A stretch of DNA of 64,000 bases from Anaeromyxobacter sp. (lineage in GTDB: Bacteria; Myxococcota; Myxococcia; Myxococcales; Anaeromyxobacteraceae). The position numbers were made by a program, and so were the translations under genes. Under the pieces are notes generated by a model, which did not search any database, was not told the DNA's origin, and worked only from the letters and a program-made list of their open reading frames with translations. The stretch is from NCBI GenBank assembly GCA_049840735.1, contig JASGJN010000021.1, forward strand, positions 128,001 through 192,000. Direction: 5' to 3'. Below are positions 58,243 through 64,000 of the stretch, in pieces (position 1 is the first letter of the stretch; each line of letters begins with the position of its first letter).

Positions 58243-59773
58243 TCAGACCACCGGTTCGCCTTGCGGCGCCGTGTGCGGCTGCGCCCCGGTCGGGCGGCAG
58301 ATGGCGATGAGCGACAGCGGAGGGAACGGCAGGAAGCGGTCGATGAGCCGGAAGATGGGCGTGAGCAGGTTCAGCGTCACGATCTGCCCCAGGCCGAAGG
58401 TGCGCCGCTTGAGCAGCTTGCCGTTGAGCCACCACGCCGGCGTTCCCACGCGGTTGAAGGTGAGGAACTGCTCCACCTCGAACCCCGCGTCGGCGGCCAG
58501 CTTGCGCAGCGTGGTCTCGGTGTAGCGGCGCCGGTGGCCCAGCACCTCGTCGAGCGAGCCGAACAGCTCCGGGCCGCGCGGCACCAGCACGATGGCGCGG
58601 CCCTCGGGCGCCAGCACGCCGCGGATGTTCTGCAGGGCGCCCACGTCGTCGTCCACGTGCTCGATCACGTTGAGGCAGACCACCGTGTCGAAGCCGCCCT
58701 CGACCTTCGGGAAGGACTCGCCCTGCGTGACGTCGGTGAGCGTGACGTCGAGGTAGGGCCGGTCCACCCTCAGCCCCTCCAGCGTCTGGAGGTAGAGCGG
58801 GTTCACGTCCGAGGCGACGTACGTGTCGCGCGGGACGAGCCGCCGGGTGAGGTTCCCCGTCCCGCTGCCGATCTCCAGCACCCGGTCCCCACAGAACGGG
58901 CGGATGGTGTCGGCCATCCAGGCGTTGAAGCGCGGCGCGCGGGCGAGGCGGCCCAGGATCTGCGAGCCGTGCTCGTCCTCGGCGTAGATGCGGTCGGGAG
59001 ATCCAGAAGCGGAGGATGGCCCAGAGCGCCTTGAGGCCGTCGACCCAGCCGATCTTCTTGCCCTCCTGGTAGGTGCGCCCGGAGTAGCTGATCGGGACCT
59101 CGAAGATTCGAGCCTCGCGCTTGGCCAGCTTGATGGCCAGCTCCGGCTCCATCCGGAAGTCGTCGGAGACGATGGGGATCGACTTGAGGAGGCTGGTGCG
59201 GACGGCCTTGTAGCAGGTCTCCATGTCGGTCAGGTTCACGTTGGTCACCCAGTTGGTGAGAAACGTGAGGAACCGGTTGCCGAGCTCGTGCCGGAAGAGG
59301 AGCGCGCGGCGCGCCTCGCCGCCGGCGAAGCGCGAGCCGAAGACCGCGTCGGCCTGCTCCTCCACGAAGACCTTCACGATGCGGAGGAGGTCCCTCGGGT
59401 GGTACTCGGAATCGGCGTCGTGGATGACCGAGAGCTCGCAGTCGGCCTCGGCCAGCGCCGTCCGGACCGCGCCGCCCTTGCCGCGGTTGAGGACGTGGCG
59501 GAGGAAGACCCACTCGATCTTGCCGTGGCGGCCGTGGCCGCGGAGCTCGACGCCGTTCTCGAGTGGGCCGTCGTCGGGGAAGACAATCCCGCGAGCGGAC
59601 GCGAAGGCCTCGAGGGTGCGGGGCGTTCCGTCGCGGGAGCAGTCGTCCACGACGATGATCTGGACCCGGTCGAGCAGCGGCGAGGACTCGAGCACCTCGA
59701 GCCGCTCGAGGGAGGCGGCGACCAGGTGCTGCTCGTTGTAGGCGGGGACGAGGACGGAGAGGGAGGTCGGCAC
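58243..59773 (-). CDS. GT2 glycosyltransferase (DPM-synthase-like) fused to class I methyltransferase, frameshift at ~58997
   Basis: VPAYNE, VDDCSRDGT, DAD, TDMETCYK; then VLEIGSGTG, NVIEHVDDD. Confidence 0.88.
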
Positions 59774-59834
59774 GGGGGCCGTTTCTACCAGAGCTGGAGC
59801 GCGAGATCAGGCGGACGTGCAGCCGCCGGGTCCA

Positions 59835-61837
<2,003 letters not shown>

Positions 61838-61892
61838 TCAACGCCGCCGCGCACCCCTGCGCATCCAAGGAGCGATGGAGGAAGATGCGCCT

Positions 61893-63557
61893 ATGCGAAC
61901 GCTCATCCTCCTGGTCGCCCTGGCCGCCACCGAACAAGGGTCGCCCGCCGAGTGCAGCACCGCTCCGAGAGCCTCGAGCCCCTGGGACGTACGGGGGCGG
62001 GTGCGCTCGGAGCAGACGGTGCACATTGCGCAGCCAGGCGCGGTCCGAGGTGAGGGGCTGAGCGCCTCTCGCCTGGAGTTCACCGGAAAGGGCAAGGCCA
62101 TCGAGCTGGCAGGACCCGACGTCGATCAGGTCATGCTCTCCTCCTTCCTGCTCCACGGCTGGCCAGGCGCTGGGGACCACTGCGTCGAGCAGCGGAACGA
62201 TGCCCAGGTGAGCTCGTCAGCCACGTTCTTGCAGCTGCGGGACATCCGCGTCGAGAACTGTCCCGAGAACCGCGCCGCCGTCCATCTTCTCGGGATCGCG
62301 CCTGCGGCCGGTGAGGGGAACGTGTACGGGACCCTGCTGCTGAACGCGCAGCTGGACGGCAACGCCGGTCACGGTCTGTGGCTGGACGCTGCCAGCGCGC
62401 GGGGGGCCGCCGGGACGGCGCTGACCAACGTGTGGGCCAGCTCGGCCTCCGGCAACGGCCAGCACGGGATCCTCTTCGACACGTCGCGCGCCCCAGCCAG
62501 CCGCCACGGCATCACCAACGTCTTCGGCTCGCTCCTGCAGGGCAATGGGCAGGCCGCCATTCGCGCCAGCTCGGTCGGCAACCTGAATCTCGTCGGTTCC
62601 TACTTCGAGCAGACCTCGGGGGCGCTGCCGCTGAGCGGAGGCGGCGCGGTGTTCCCAAACGGCCCCTGGTTCCTGGCCGGCAACACGGTCGGGAACGGCT
62701 CGCGGCTACCTGCCTACAGCTTCGAGCTCGGCGCCGATGCGAACTGGGGCCTGGTGGGGCTCGTGAGCTTCGCCAACACCTTCTCCCGAGCCGCGAAGGC
62801 CAACTACGCGATCCAGCACCTCCGAGGCGCGGTGATCGGCCCCGACAGCACGCCGGCTGCGGGCGACGCGTATGTCGACTGGGCCAGCGCCTGGGGCTGG
62901 TCCATGGTGCAGGTCTTCGACGTGAACGCGGGGACCTGGTCCTTCAGCTCCGACGGCAGGTACGCCGATCAGCCGCACGTGGGATTCGGTGTGCCCAACC
63001 CCAAGATCGCAGCCTACGTCCACGTTGCCGGGCGGAAGCCGCCCCCCGGCCCGCAGGGCATCGACGCCTTCCCGGCCCTTCGGGTGGACGGCCCCGAGGG
63101 AGGCAACGCGAACTCGCCCGCCGGTGACGGTGGACGGGGCGCCTCGATCGCGCTCTCGGCCGGAAGGGGTGGGGCTGGAGCTGCCGGAGGCAGCGCCGGT
63201 CGTGGCGGCGACATCACGCTGACGGCCGGAGAGGCCGGCGGCGGCGGCGCCCCCGCGGACCGGGGCCACATCGTCCTGAATGGTGGGATCGGGCAGGGGA
63301 CGGCTCTCAAGCACGCCCGGGTCCAGGTCGGGCCTGTCGCCGCCGGGCGCTCGGAAAAAGTGGAGGTGGGCTGGCGCGGGCGATTCGCCGACGACGACTA
63401 CACCGTGAGCTGCACGATGCAGGGCCGAGGGGAGGGGGAGGGCCTCTCAGTCCCCCGCATCCTCGAGATCACGCCCAGGGCGGTACAGCTGCTGCTCCGC
63501 AACTCCTCGAGCAGGCCGGCCGAGGGGATCGTCCACTGCATCGGTATCCACGACTGA
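61893..63557 (+). CDS. Secreted right-handed beta-helix protein with Gly-rich repeats (tailspike/tail-fibre-like)
   Basis: Short signal-like N-terminus; GNAGHGL/GNGQHGI/GNGQAAI repeats; GASIALSAG/GGDITLTAG repeats. Confidence 0.6.
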   Translation: MRTLILLVALAATEQGSPAECSTAPRASSPWDVRGRVRSEQTVHIAQPGAVRGEGLSASRLEFTGKGKAIELAGPDVDQVMLSSFLLHGWPGAGDHCVEQRNDAQVSSSATFLQLRDIRVENCPENRAAVHLLGIAPAAGEGNVYGTLLLNAQLDGNAGHGLWLDAASARGAAGTALTNVWASSASGNGQHGILFDTSRAPASRHGITNVFGSLLQGNGQAAIRASSVGNLNLVGSYFEQTSGALPLSGGGAVFPNGPWFLAGNTVGNGSRLPAYSFELGADANWGLVGLVSFANTFSRAAKANYAIQHLRGAVIGPDSTPAAGDAYVDWASAWGWSMVQVFDVNAGTWSFSSDGRYADQPHVGFGVPNPKIAAYVHVAGRKPPPGPQGIDAFPALRVDGPEGGNANSPAGDGGRGASIALSAGRGGAGAAGGSAGRGGDITLTAGEAGGGGAPADRGHIVLNGGIGQGTALKHARVQVGPVAAGRSEKVEVGWRGRFADDDYTVSCTMQGRGEGEGLSVPRILEITPRAVQLLLRNSSSRPAEGIVHCIGIHD

Positions 63558-63580
63558 TGCCGGCTCGGGGTAGCCAAGCG

Positions 63581-64000
63581 CTACCTGGCAGGAAGACGCG
63601 GAGGGGTGAAGTAGCTCTTGAGTCGGAGGACGCGACTCTCGAACCACCTCCACGAGAGCCGCGCCAGCACCCACACGAGTGCGAAGGCGAGCACCCAGGT
63701 GGCGAAGAACGACAGCACTGCGGCGGGTTCGCGCGCCCTGAGGCGCGCCCCGTCCACGCTCGTCCAGGCAACGATGAAGACCGGCATGTGGATGAGGTAG
63801 ATGCCGTACGAAACCTGGCCCACCGCACGCAGCACCCTGCTCCGGAAGAGCCTGGCCAGGGGATTGGTCCACAAGCAGCAGCCGAGCGCGCCGGTGAGGC
63901 CGATGGCAACGCCAAGGAAGACGAGAGCGGCGCCAAGCGGCGCGACGTGCAGGTACAGCGCGGACGCGAGAATGCTGGCCGGAAGGACCACCACGGCGGA
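63581..64000 (-). CDS. Acyltransferase-3 (OafA/YrhL) family, 3' part only
   Basis: GQVSYGIYLIH, LSWRWFESR..RLK. Confidence 0.85.
   Translation of the reverse strand, partial: SAVVVLPASILASALYLHVAPLGAALVFLGVAIGLTGALGCCLWTNPLARLFRSRVLRAVGQVSYGIYLIHMPVFIVAWTSVDGARLRAREPAAVLSFFATWVLAFALVWVLARLSWRWFESRVLRLKSYFTPPRLPAR

Overview
A very GC-rich bacterial chromosome segment, most likely from an Anaeromyxobacter-like Myxococcota; the taxonomy is inferred from gene content. In order it carries hrcA-grpE-dnaK-dnaJ, an LppC/LpoA-type lipoprotein, a site-2 protease, a DinG helicase and a sugar ABC importer with two LacI-type operators. Next come a PAS kinase, a complete ISAs1 element with an 11-bp target duplication, an MglA/SofG GTPase with a PocR kinase, thiL and a Dif-type chemosensory operon. 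These are followed by an IS110-family (IS1111 group) element, an AbiEii/MenT-like toxin-antitoxin pair, larBC, the aglRQS gliding-motor genes and a membrane pyrophosphatase. The window ends in a surface-polysaccharide region (wzi, rmlD, two nucleotide-sugar dehydrogenases, GT2-methyltransferase, gmd, fcl, a tailspike-like protein, an acyltransferase). The most notable non-coding signal is a family of roughly 30 REP-like hairpins with constant arms (CTGAGCG(T/G)AG ... CG(G/A)AGTCGAAG) around a freely variable inner stem. They occur singly, nested, in a 5-unit array and inside larC. The IS1111-type element sits precisely inside one of these hairpins, and its 3' non-coding region contains short segments matching both the hairpin target and the element's own end, as expected of a bridge/seek RNA. 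About ten genes are frameshifted, mostly at GATC sites, which looks like a methylation-linked sequencing artefact rather than real pseudogenes.
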